A stretch of 64,000 nt of DNA, taken from NCBI GenBank assembly GCA_963805625.1, contig CAWDVE010000004.1:1-64000 (forward strand). The letters run 5' to 3'. The notes beneath the pieces were generated by a model that saw nothing but the letters and a program-made list of their open reading frames with translations, searched no databases and was not told the origin of the DNA. The position numbers and the translations under genes were made by a program. Positions within the stretch are counted from its first letter, which is position 1; every line of letters begins with the position of its first letter. Of the stretch, positions 49,271-58,490 are shown piece after piece. Origin of the DNA: an uncultured Candidatus Rokubacteria bacterium. GTDB lineage: Bacteria > Methylomirabilota > Methylomirabilia > Rokubacteriales > DASRDR01.

Positions 49271-51475
49271 ATGACGCGCGCGGCGACGGGCTGGCTGGGG
49301 CTCGCCTGGCTGGCCTTCGCCCTCCTGCCGTGGTACGCGCTCCCGGGCGACGGCTGGCTCGATCCGGGCTGGCTCCGGCGCTACCCCGACGCCGTCACGG
49401 CGTCAGCCTTGCTCCAGGGTATCTTCCACGGCCGGCCGTGGCTCCTTCCCACCGCGTTACCGCTCTTGCTCCCGTTTCTCGCGTGGCGCCGCCCGAAGGA
49501 GGATCCGCGCGCTGCGACCGCACTCGTGGTGGCGGGAGCGAGCGGTCTCGCGTGGATCGCCCTCCAGGGATTTGCCATCGGCCACCGGGGTTGGTCGGCG
49601 GCCTGGCTCGCGAACCTCCTCGGCGCCCCCGGGCCCAGCCAGGCGGGCTTCGGCCTGGGGGCGCTGCTCCTCTGCCTGGCGTGCCTCGTGCTGCTCTGCC
49701 ACGGTCTGGCGGCACGGGGGTTCATGAAGGGCGACGCCTTCCTGACCAGCACGATCGGTCTCGTCGTCGGCCTCGTGGTGGTCTTCGTCTTCTGGCCGGT
49801 CGTTACGGTACTCTCGAGCGCGGTGCGCGACGAAGGTGGCGCGCTCGCGCCGACGGTCTTCCTCCATAAGCTCACGAACCGGTCGATCTGGGGCCTCGAC
49901 TGCCTCTCCGGTCCGCTCCGGTGCGGCGTTGCCTGGAACACGCTGTTTCTCGCGGTCCTCGTCGGAGCCGGCACGACGGTCCTCGGCCTGGCCTTTGCTC
50001 TCATCGCCACCCGCACGGCGTTTCCCGCCAAGCCTCTTCTGCGCGCGCTGTCCGTGCTCCCGATCATCACGCCGCCGTTCGTGATCGGTCTCGCGCTGAT
50101 CCTCCTCTTCGGCCGCTCGGGGGCCGTCACGGCCCTGCTCTCGGACTGGTTCGGGATCCCGCGGACCCGCTGGATTTACGGATTGCCGGGAGTGCTAATC
50201 GCCCAGCTCCTCGCCTTCGCGCCGATCGCGTTCCTGGTCCTGATCGGCGTCGTCCAGGGGATCAGCCCGTCGCTCGAGGAGGCGGCGCAGACGCTCCGGG
50301 CGAGCCGCTGGACGACCTTCCGGACGGTGACGTGGCCTCTCCTCAGGCCCGGGGTCGCGAACGCGTTCCTGCTGGGATTCGTGGAGAGCATGGCCGACTT
50401 CGGCAACCCCCTGGTGCTGTCGGGCAACTACGAGCTCCTGTCCATCCAGATCTTCTTCGCCGTGGTGGGGGCGGCGCACGATCAGGGCCGCGCGGCCGTG
50501 CTCGCCATCGTGCTGCTCACGTTCACGCTGGGGGCGTTCTACGCGCAGCAGCGGTGGCTCGGCCGGGTGGCCTACACCACGGTAACCGGGAAGGGGGACG
50601 CCGGCCTTCCAGTCACGCTCCCCGCGCCCCTCCGCTGGGGCTGCTACGCGCTCGCCCTGCCGTGGGGGATCCTGGCGCTCGTGATCTATGCCGTCATCAT
50701 CGTCGGGGGGTTCGTGCGGGCCATGGGGCGGGACTACACGCCGACCCTCGAGTACTTCGCGACAGGCTTCGGCGTCGAGCGCGCGGCATCGGGCGGCCTC
50801 CATTTCACGGGATCGGCGTGGGACTCCTTCTGGACCACGATCGAGATCGCCGCCATCTCGGCCCCCATCACCGCCGTGATCGGCGTGCTGACCGCATACC
50901 TGCTCGCGCGGCAGCGGTTCGTGGGCCGGAGCCTGTTCGAGTTCGGCACGATGCTCTCATTCGCCATCCCGGGGACGGTCATCGGCGTGGCCTACATCCT
51001 CGCGTTCAACGTGCCGCCCATCGAGCTCACGGGCACCGGCGTGATCCTGGTCCTCTGCTTCGTCTTCCGTAACATGCCGGTCGGCGTGCGGGCGGGAATC
51101 GCCGCGCTCTCGCAGATCGACCGGAGTCTCGACGAGGCCTCGCTCACCCTGGGCGCCCGGACGGGCACGACGATGCGCCGCGTCGTGCTGCCGCTCCTCC
51201 GTCCGGCGATCGTGGCCGCGCTCGTGTACAGTTTTGTCCGCGCGATGACTGCGGTCAGCGCTGTGATCTTCCTGGTCAGTGCGCGTTACAACCTCGCCAC
51301 CGCGTACATCGTCGGCCGGGTCGAGGCGGGGGAGTTCGGCCTGGCCATTGCCTACTCGTCGGTCCTGATCGTCGTGATGCTGGCGGCGATCCTCCTCATC
51401 CAGTGGCTCGTCGGCGAGCGCCGGCTCGGGCGGCGGGCGCCCGCCGACCTCGGGATCCAGACGGCGGGCGGATAG
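49271..51475 (+). CDS. AfuB/FbpB-family fused ABC permease
   Basis: LPIITPPFV, LEEAAQTL, ESMADFGNP, FAIPGTVIG and LDEASLTLGA (two EAA loops). Confidence 0.9.
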   Translation: MTRAATGWLGLAWLAFALLPWYALPGDGWLDPGWLRRYPDAVTASALLQGIFHGRPWLLPTALPLLLPFLAWRRPKEDPRAATALVVAGASGLAWIALQGFAIGHRGWSAAWLANLLGAPGPSQAGFGLGALLLCLACLVLLCHGLAARGFMKGDAFLTSTIGLVVGLVVVFVFWPVVTVLSSAVRDEGGALAPTVFLHKLTNRSIWGLDCLSGPLRCGVAWNTLFLAVLVGAGTTVLGLAFALIATRTAFPAKPLLRALSVLPIITPPFVIGLALILLFGRSGAVTALLSDWFGIPRTRWIYGLPGVLIAQLLAFAPIAFLVLIGVVQGISPSLEEAAQTLRASRWTTFRTVTWPLLRPGVANAFLLGFVESMADFGNPLVLSGNYELLSIQIFFAVVGAAHDQGRAAVLAIVLLTFTLGAFYAQQRWLGRVAYTTVTGKGDAGLPVTLPAPLRWGCYALALPWGILALVIYAVIIVGGFVRAMGRDYTPTLEYFATGFGVERAASGGLHFTGSAWDSFWTTIEIAAISAPITAVIGVLTAYLLARQRFVGRSLFEFGTMLSFAIPGTVIGVAYILAFNVPPIELTGTGVILVLCFVFRNMPVGVRAGIAALSQIDRSLDEASLTLGARTGTTMRRVVLPLLRPAIVAALVYSFVRAMTAVSAVIFLVSARYNLATAYIVGRVEAGEFGLAIAYSSVLIVVMLAAILLIQWLVGERRLGRRAPADLGIQTAGG

Positions 51476-51482
51476 GCGGGGC

Positions 51483-52559
51483 ATGATGGCCAGAGAGGAC
51501 GGCGGCGGGGCCGCGGCGGTCGAGTTCCACCGTGTGACCAAGCGCTACGGGGATGTCGTCGCCGTGAACGAGGTGTCGTTTACGATCGAGCGGGCGACGC
51601 TCGTCACGCTGCTCGGCCCCTCGGGCTGCGGCAAGACGACGACCCTTCGCCTCATCGCCGGGCTCGAGCTGGCGAGCGAAGGGGAGGTCCGGATCGGCGG
51701 GCGAGACGTCACGCGCCGGCCGGCGACCGAGCGAAACGTCAGCATGGTGTTCCAGTCGTACGCGCTCTTCCCGCACATGACGGTGCTCGAGAACGTCGCC
51801 TACGGCCCGGTCGTCACGGGCGTGTCCCGGGGACGGGCTCACGAGCAGGCGCGGGAGAAGCTGGCCCTGGTCGGTCTCCAGGGGCTCGACGCGCGGCTGC
51901 CCTCCGAGCTCTCGGGAGGGCAGCAGCAGCGGGTCGCGGTCGCGCGGGCCCTGGTGCTCGAGCCCGAGGTGCTGTGCTTCGACGAGCCGCTCTCGAACCT
52001 CGACGCCAAGCTTCGGCGCCGGGTCCGCGAGGACATCCGCGAGCTCCAGCAGCGCCTCGGCCTCACGGTGGCCTACGTGACGCACGATCAGCAAGAAGCC
52101 CTCGCGGTCTCCGATCGCATCATCGTCATGGACCACGCCGCCATCGCCCAGAGTGGAACGCCGCGGGAGCTCTACGAGGCGCCGGTGAGCCTCTTCGTGG
52201 CCGACTTCGTCGGCGACTCGAATCTCGTCGACGGCGAGCTCACGGCGCGAAACGGGGTCGCGGGGCGGGTGCGGGTCGGCAGCGTCGAGCTCAACCTGCC
52301 GCACCGGGGCGCCGCGCCGGGTCGGGTGAAGGTGGCCGTGCGGCCCGAGTCCCTCAGGCTCTCCACCGCGCCGCCCGCGGGGCCGGCGCTCGAGGGCCGG
52401 ATCGCCAAGGCCGCCTATCTGGGCACGCACATGGAATACACTGTGTCCACGCCGGTCGGGGAGCTCTTCGTGGTGGATCGTATGGTCACGCGCCCCGCAC
52501 CCGCAGGAACACCGGTGTGGGTGGTCTTCGAGGACCACGGTGTCACGGTCGTTCCCTGA
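51483..52559 (+). CDS. AfuC/PotA-family ABC ATP-binding protein
   Basis: GPSGCGKTT, VFQSYALFPH, LSGGQQQRV and DEPLSNLD; TOBE-like C-terminus. Confidence 0.93.
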   Translation: MMAREDGGGAAAVEFHRVTKRYGDVVAVNEVSFTIERATLVTLLGPSGCGKTTTLRLIAGLELASEGEVRIGGRDVTRRPATERNVSMVFQSYALFPHMTVLENVAYGPVVTGVSRGRAHEQAREKLALVGLQGLDARLPSELSGGQQQRVAVARALVLEPEVLCFDEPLSNLDAKLRRRVREDIRELQQRLGLTVAYVTHDQQEALAVSDRIIVMDHAAIAQSGTPRELYEAPVSLFVADFVGDSNLVDGELTARNGVAGRVRVGSVELNLPHRGAAPGRVKVAVRPESLRLSTAPPAGPALEGRIAKAAYLGTHMEYTVSTPVGELFVVDRMVTRPAPAGTPVWVVFEDHGVTVVP

Positions 52560-52561
52560 TC

Positions 52562-52638
52562 GGGGTCAGACTTTGACTTCCTGACATTTTCGGCTGGCCG
52601 GGATATTGTGGAATGTCGGGAAGTCAAAGTCTGACCCC
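52562..52638. repeat. 77-bp intergenic inverted-repeat element (MITE/REP-like)
   Basis: Arms GGGGTCAGACTTTGACTTCCTGACATT (52562-52588) and AATGTCGGGAAGTCAAAGTCTGACCCC (52612-52638) are 26/27 complementary, with a 23-nt loop. Confidence 0.85.
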
Positions 52639-52653
52639 CAGGAAGGAGAGTCC

Positions 52654-53817
52654 ATGCCGCTGTCTCACATCCGTGTGGTCGACCTTTGCCGGGCCCGGAC
52701 GGGCCCCACCTGCATCCGGCAGCTCTCGGAGTTCGGCGCCCAGGTCGTGAAGGTCGAGCTGCCCGAGGAGCAGGACGACGACGTCGGCGGTCGCCACGGA
52801 TTCGACTTCCAGAACCTCCACCCGAACAAGCGGGGCCTCACGCTCAACCTGAAGTCCGAGGCGGGCCGCGAGGTGCTCTACCGGCTCGTGCGCCAGGCGG
52901 ATGTCTTCGCCGAGAACTTCCGCCCCAATGTGAAGCATCGCCTCGGGATCGACTACGAGACGCTGTCGGCCATGAATCCGCGCCTTGTCTACGTGAGCAT
53001 CTCCGGATTCGGGCAGGTGGGGCCCTACGCCGACCGAGCGGGGCTCGATCAGATCGCCCAGGGACTGTCCGGGTTCATGACCGTCAACGGATTCCCGGGC
53101 CAGGGCCCGCTCCGGGCCGGACTCCCGATCGCCGATCTCACGGCCGGGCTGATGGCAGCCCACGGGGTGATGGTCGCGCTGCTCGAGCGCGAGCGCTCGG
53201 GACGGGGCCAGTGGGTGCACACCTCGCTGCTCCAGGCGATGATCCGGCTGATGGATCTCCAGGCCGCGCGCTGGCTCATCGGCGGCGAGGTCCCGGGCCA
53301 GGCCGGTAACTACCACCCGGTCGGAGTGCCGACGGGTGTGTTCCGCTGCCGTGACGGCAGCCTGATCATCCAGGCCGCCAACCAGCGGCTCTACACGCGG
53401 CTCTGCCGCGCGATCGACGCTCCCGAGCTGATCGACGATTCGCGGTTCACCACGAGCGAGATTCGGCGACGGCATCGTGAGGAGCTGACCGAGGAGCTGG
53501 AGCGCCGGCTCGTGGCCCGCGACCGCGCGGAGTGGCAGACGCGGTTCGACGAGGCGGGGGTGCCGGCCGGGGCGATTCTCGACGTGCGGCAGGCCTTCGA
53601 GGATCCACAGGTGCGGCTGCTCCCGGTCGAGCGGCCGGTGGTGAGCAAGGCTCTCGGCCCGATCCGGCTCGTCGGACACGGCGTGAACCTCGAGCGGACG
53701 CCGCCCGCCATTCGATCCGCCGCGCCCGAGCGTGGCGAGCACACGGAGGAGATCCTCCGCGAGCTCGGCTATCGGGACGACGAGATCGCGACCCTCCGCC
53801 GCACGGGCGCCGTCTAG
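52654..53817 (+). CDS. Family III CoA-transferase (CaiB/BaiF)
   Basis: VVDL....GP, GAQVVKVE, NKRGLTLNLK, ENFRP, SISGFG and PIAD (catalytic Asp). Confidence 0.92.
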   Translation: MPLSHIRVVDLCRARTGPTCIRQLSEFGAQVVKVELPEEQDDDVGGRHGFDFQNLHPNKRGLTLNLKSEAGREVLYRLVRQADVFAENFRPNVKHRLGIDYETLSAMNPRLVYVSISGFGQVGPYADRAGLDQIAQGLSGFMTVNGFPGQGPLRAGLPIADLTAGLMAAHGVMVALLERERSGRGQWVHTSLLQAMIRLMDLQAARWLIGGEVPGQAGNYHPVGVPTGVFRCRDGSLIIQAANQRLYTRLCRAIDAPELIDDSRFTTSEIRRRHREELTEELERRLVARDRAEWQTRFDEAGVPAGAILDVRQAFEDPQVRLLPVERPVVSKALGPIRLVGHGVNLERTPPAIRSAAPERGEHTEEILRELGYRDDEIATLRRTGAV

Positions 53818-53850
53818 GTCAGGTGCTGCCGCCTCCGCCCGGGGTGGGAC

Positions 53851-54738
53851 TCACAGCCGCAGGTCGGCGAGCAACCGGCTCAGGTGGGCGAATCCCATCC
53901 GCGCGTAGGTGAGGGGGTGGGCCTTCATGGGATCCTGCTCCGCCTCGACGACCAGCCACCCCGCGTAGCCGGCATCGCGCAGGGTCTCGAGTAGCGCCCG
54001 GTAGTCGACGCACCCATCGCCGGGCACCGTGAACACGCCGTCGACCACCGCGTCGAGGAAGCTCCGGTCGCGGCGGCGCGCCTCGACCAGCACGGCCGGC
54101 CGGACGTCCTTGCAGTGGACGTGGACGATGCGGTTCGCGTGGCGCCGCGCCACGGCGAGCACGTCGCCGCCGGCATAGGTGAGGTGCCCAGTGTCGAGGA
54201 GCAGGCCCACGGCGGGCCCCGTCGCTCCTATCAGCCGGTCGATCTCGGCCTCCGTCTCCACGACGGTCCCCATGTGGTGGTGATACGCGAGCCGCATCCC
54301 GTGGCCGGCCAGGTGCTCGGCGACCTCGGTCAGGGCCTCGCCGAACTTCGGCCAGTCACCCTCGGCCAGGCGTGGCCGCGTGGAGAGGGGGACGCCGAGC
54401 CGCCCGTGCACGCTGCCCGTCTCCTCGGCGAACACCATGGCGGTGGAATTCAGCGCCGTGAGGAGACCTGCGTGTGCCTGCATCGCGGTGATCTCCTCCT
54501 TCACGCTGCGCCGCAGAAGGTGCGAGCCATACCAGCCCGACACGAGGTCGAGCCCGTGCTGCTGTAGAACGGCTCGGAGCTCGGCCGGGCGCCGGGGGAA
54601 CTTCCGCCCGAGCTCAATACCAGCGTAGCCGGCCCGCCGCGTCTCCTCGAGGCAGATCTCGAGCGAGATGTCGTCGCCGAGCGTCTCCAGGTCGTCGTTG
54701 GTCCAGCCGATGGGATTGACACCGATTCGAACGGGCAC
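53851..54738 (-). CDS. iolE: myo-Inosose-2 dehydratase
   Basis: GVNPIGWTNDD, GIELGRKFP, YHHHMGT, DTGH, HCKD, FTVPGDG and VVEAEQDP. Confidence 0.93.
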   Translation of the reverse strand: MPVRIGVNPIGWTNDDLETLGDDISLEICLEETRRAGYAGIELGRKFPRRPAELRAVLQQHGLDLVSGWYGSHLLRRSVKEEITAMQAHAGLLTALNSTAMVFAEETGSVHGRLGVPLSTRPRLAEGDWPKFGEALTEVAEHLAGHGMRLAYHHHMGTVVETEAEIDRLIGATGPAVGLLLDTGHLTYAGGDVLAVARRHANRIVHVHCKDVRPAVLVEARRRDRSFLDAVVDGVFTVPGDGCVDYRALLETLRDAGYAGWLVVEAEQDPMKAHPLTYARMGFAHLSRLLADLRL

Positions 54739-54739
54739 G

Positions 54740-56575
54740 CTAGCCTCCGGCTCGCTGGCGGCGGCGCGCCGCGTCGTACGCCTCGCGCGCGGCCTGGACC
54801 TCGGGCCGGGGCGAGACCTCGGGTATGGGGACGTCCCACCACGCTCCGCCCCCGGTGAAGGGTCGCCCGGGGTCGGTCTCGATGACCACGACGGACGTCC
54901 GGTCGGCCCGATGCGCTCGCTCGAGCGCGCCCTCGAGGTCGGCGACCGTCTTGACCTGCTCGGCCTGGGCTCCGAGGCTCCGCGCGTGCGCGGCGAAGTC
55001 GATCGCCGGCGCCTCGGGCCCGAGGAGGTTGTTGAAGGGTACGCTGCCGCTCGCCACCTGGAGGCGGTTGATGCACCCGAAGCCGCGGTTGTCGAGGAGC
55101 ACGATGACGAGCTTCCGATGCATCGCGACCGAGGTGGCGATCTCCGAGTTCATCATGAGGTAGCTGCCGTCTCCCACCATGACGAAGACCTCACGGTCGG
55201 GGAGCGCCAGCTTCACGCCGAGCCCGCCGGCGATCTCGTATCCCATGCAGGAGTACCCGTACTCGAGGTGGTAGCCGCGGGGCTCGCGCGTGCGCCAGAG
55301 CCGGCTGAGCTCCCCCGGCAGTCCACCCGCGGCGCACACGACCACGTCACGGGGTCCGGCCGCGCGGTTCACCGCGCCGATCACTTGCGCCTCGGTCGCC
55401 GGGACGTCCGGACCGCTGGCGGTGGCAGCGTCGACCAGGCGCGTCCATTCGGCCGTGAGACGGCGTGCCGTCTCCATCCGCGCAGCGGGTGCCCGCCAGG
55501 CGCCGAGGGCGGCCGACAGCTCCTCGAGACCCCGGCGCGCGTCGGCCACCAGGGGCAGGGCTCCATGCTTGCCGGCGTCGTGCAGGGCGACGTTCAGCGC
55601 GACCAGAAACAGATTCGATCCCTGGAAGAGGGCACGGGAGCCGGTGGGGAAATCGGCCAGGCGGGTCCCGACCGCGAGGACGAGATCGGCGTCGGCGGCC
55701 AGTGCGTTGGCGGCGCTCGAGCCGCACACTCCGATGGCCCCCACGCAGGCGGGATGGTCCCACGGGAGGGCACCCTTGCCGGCCTGGGTCTCGGCGACCG
55801 GGATGCCGTGGCGCTCGGCGAAGGCGCGAAGCGCCGCCTCGCCCAAGGAGTAGTGGACGCCGCCTCCGGCGATGAGGAGCGGCCGCTCGGCCCGCCGGAG
55901 CCGGTCGGCCACCGCGGCCAGCTGAGAAGGATCTGGTCCCTGCCGCCGGAGCCGGTGGGTGCGCGGCTCGAAGAAGTGCTCGGGGTACTCGAAGGCCTCG
56001 GTCTGGACGTCCTGCGGAAGGGCCAGCGTCGCGGGGCCGCAGTTGGCCGGGTCCGTGAGGACGGCGACCGCTGCCGGGAGGCTCTGGAGGAGCTGCTCGG
56101 GACGCGTGATCCGGTCCCAGTACCGGGAGACGGGCCGGAAGCAGTCGTTGGCGGAGATCGTGGGATCGCCGAAGTCCTCGACCTGCTGGAGGACCGGGTC
56201 CGGGATGCGGTTGGCGAAGACGTCGCCGGGGAGGAGCAGGACGGGCAGACGGTTGACGTGAGCGACCGCCGCCGCCGTGACCATGTTCGTGGCGCCGGGC
56301 CCGATCGACGACGTGCAGGCCATCATCCGCCGCCGCGCGTGCGCCTTGGCGAACGCGATCGCGGCGAGGGCCATCGCCTGCTCGTTGTGGGCCCGGAGCG
56401 TCGGGAGCCGGGACTGCGCCGCATGGAGCGCCTCGCCGAGTCCCGCCACGTTGCCGTGGCCGAAGATCGCCCAGACGCCGCCGAAGAGCGGCGCCTCGCC
56501 TCCATCCACCTCCGTGCGCTGGGCGCAGAGGTACCTGACCAGCGCTTGGGCCATCGTCAGCCGAATGGTGCCCAT
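54740..56575 (-). CDS. iolD: 3D-(3,5/4)-trihydroxycyclohexane-1,2-dione acylhydrolase (ThDP)
   Basis: TIRLTMAQAL, IFGHGNVAG, HNEQAMA, SSIGPGATNM, EYGYSCMGYEIAG, GDGSYLM and WWDV. Confidence 0.95.
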   Translation of the reverse strand: MGTIRLTMAQALVRYLCAQRTEVDGGEAPLFGGVWAIFGHGNVAGLGEALHAAQSRLPTLRAHNEQAMALAAIAFAKAHARRRMMACTSSIGPGATNMVTAAAVAHVNRLPVLLLPGDVFANRIPDPVLQQVEDFGDPTISANDCFRPVSRYWDRITRPEQLLQSLPAAVAVLTDPANCGPATLALPQDVQTEAFEYPEHFFEPRTHRLRRQGPDPSQLAAVADRLRRAERPLLIAGGGVHYSLGEAALRAFAERHGIPVAETQAGKGALPWDHPACVGAIGVCGSSAANALAADADLVLAVGTRLADFPTGSRALFQGSNLFLVALNVALHDAGKHGALPLVADARRGLEELSAALGAWRAPAARMETARRLTAEWTRLVDAATASGPDVPATEAQVIGAVNRAAGPRDVVVCAAGGLPGELSRLWRTREPRGYHLEYGYSCMGYEIAGGLGVKLALPDREVFVMVGDGSYLMMNSEIATSVAMHRKLVIVLLDNRGFGCINRLQVASGSVPFNNLLGPEAPAIDFAAHARSLGAQAEQVKTVADLEGALERAHRADRTSVVVIETDPGRPFTGGGAWWDVPIPEVSPRPEVQAAREAYDAARRRQRAGG

Positions 56576-56667
56576 CTCCAAGCCTCCTCGCGCGAGTGCA
56601 CTGACACTCGGGTTTTCCTGAGTCTCGTCTTGACGGCCTCTCGCGCACAATGCTAACGTCCCGCGGA

Positions 56668-56685
56668 TGCTAAAAGGTTTTGGCA
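56668..56685. promoter_or_regulatory. Putative LacI-family operator
   Basis: Imperfect palindrome TGCTAAAAGGTTTTGGCA just downstream of TTGACG-N18-TAACGT (56630-56659). A second AATCGATT core lies at 56730-56737. Confidence 0.5.
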
Positions 56686-56749
56686 GATCGCGTCAAGCGC
56701 CTTTCATCAGAGGGTCCAGGTGCGAGACGAATCGATTTGGCATCGCGCC

Positions 56750-57219
56750 ATGGTGACGATCCGGGACGTCGCCCGGCTCGCCGGCGTTTCGCCGGCCACC
56801 GTGTCCCAGGCCCTCAATGGCCGGGGCCGGGTCGAGGCCTCCTCGCGCTGCCCGAGCCCCCGACGGCCCTGTTCGCGGTGACCGATGCCATGGCCATCGG
56901 CGCGCTCCGGGCCGCCCGCGAGCGCGGCGTTCGCGTGCCGGCGGGGCTGGCCGTGGTCGGGATGGACGACATCGAGATGAGCGCGTACACGGATCCGCCG
57001 CTCACGACCGTGCGGGTCGCGAAGGACACGATGGGACGGTTCGCTGCTGACTGGCTGATCAGCCTGATCGAGGATTCGGCGGCGGGCCGGCCCGCCCCGA
57101 CCGTGCCCGCGGAGCTCGTGGTCCGCGGGACTTGCGGGGGACCGACCGGCAATCGTGCTTCGGCGGCGACGCTTCCCTCGGAAGCCAAATCGACCATCTC
57201 CACCACGGAGGCGGCATGA
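56750..57219 (+). pseudogene. LacI-family transcriptional regulator, internally deleted and frameshifted
   Basis: MVTIRDVARLAGVSPATVSQALNGRGRV (HTH) stops at 56881. Another frame continues with the C-terminal PTALFAVTDAMAIGA...LAVVGMDD...PPLTTV...LVVRGT. Confidence 0.85.
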
Positions 57220-58490
57220 CCGGCAGAGGCACGAAGCTGGCCCTCGACGGAGGGACCCCGGTACGCAAGGAGCCCATCCTGCCGGGCTGGCCCGGAGGTC
57301 TCCTGATCGGGGCCGAGGAGAAGGCCCAGGTCCTGGAGGTCCTCGAGAGCCAGAGTCTCTACCGGCACTACGGCCCGCATCCGCGGCACAAGGCGGCTGA
57401 GCTGGAGCAGAAGTTTGCGGCGGCCATTGGGGCGGGCCACGCGCTCGCCGTCACGTCAGGCACCGGCGCCTTGCTGGTCGGTCTCGCCGCTCTCGGCGTC
57501 GGCCCGGGGGACGAGGTGATCGTCCCGACCTACACGTGGGTCGCGACGATCAACGCGGTAGTGACGCTCGGGGCCGTGCCGGTCTTCGTCGACATCGACG
57601 AGAGCCTGACGATGGACCCCCGGGCCGTGGAGGCGGCGATCACCGAGGCGACGGTGGCGATCGTGCCAGTCCACATGCGCGGGGCGGCGGCCGACATCGC
57701 GCCCATACTCGGCATTGCCGAGCGGCACGGTCTCGCGGTCCTCGAGGACGCCGCCCAGGCGGTCGGTGGACTGTACCGGGGGCAGCGACTCGGCACATTC
57801 GGCAAGTTCGGCGCCTTCAGCCTCCAGTACCACAAGACGATCACCACCGGCGAGGGCGGCATGCTCGTGAGCGACGACACCGCCCTGTTCGAGCGGGCGG
57901 TGCGCTACCACGATCAGGGCTCGGTGCGCGTCGAAGAGCTGGACCAGATGATTCCCGAAAACAGTCCGCTCATCATCGGCGTCAACTACCGGATGAGCGA
58001 GCTGACGGCCGCGGTGGGCGTCGCCCAGCTCGGCAAGATGGACTGGATCATCGGCCAGCTGCGCGCGCACAAGGCCCGGGCCGTCCGGGGCATCGACGGC
58101 ATCCCGGGCGTGCGTGTCCGCCCCCTGGCGGATCCCGCTGGGGAGACGGGAGCGACCCTGATCTTCTCGGTCCCCTCGGGCGACGACGCGACGCGGGTGG
58201 CCAGGGCGCTGACGGCGGAGAACGTGCGGGCGTCGGTCCCCTGGACAAGCGGGCAGCACGTCTACTACCACTTCGATCAGCTCATCGAGCGGCGGTTCCT
58301 GTCCAAGCGTCACTGCGCCTGGGAATGTCCCCACTACCGGGGGAAGGCGACACTCCGGAAGGGCCAGTTCCCGCGGACCGACGAGATTCTCCAGCAGGCG
58401 GTCCACATCGATCTTCACCCGCTGCTCGCCGAGGCGGACGTGGACGACATCGTGACCGCGATCGACAAGGTCGCCGGCGCACTGCTGTGA
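57216..58490 (+). CDS. DegT/DnrJ/EryC1/StrS family PLP aminotransferase
   Basis: KLALDGG, SGTGAL, GPGDEVIVP, EDAAQA, FSLQYHKTITTGEGG (Schiff-base Lys) and NYRMSE. Confidence 0.93.
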   Translation: MTGRGTKLALDGGTPVRKEPILPGWPGGLLIGAEEKAQVLEVLESQSLYRHYGPHPRHKAAELEQKFAAAIGAGHALAVTSGTGALLVGLAALGVGPGDEVIVPTYTWVATINAVVTLGAVPVFVDIDESLTMDPRAVEAAITEATVAIVPVHMRGAAADIAPILGIAERHGLAVLEDAAQAVGGLYRGQRLGTFGKFGAFSLQYHKTITTGEGGMLVSDDTALFERAVRYHDQGSVRVEELDQMIPENSPLIIGVNYRMSELTAAVGVAQLGKMDWIIGQLRAHKARAVRGIDGIPGVRVRPLADPAGETGATLIFSVPSGDDATRVARALTAENVRASVPWTSGQHVYYHFDQLIERRFLSKRHCAWECPHYRGKATLRKGQFPRTDEILQQAVHIDLHPLLAEADVDDIVTAIDKVAGALL

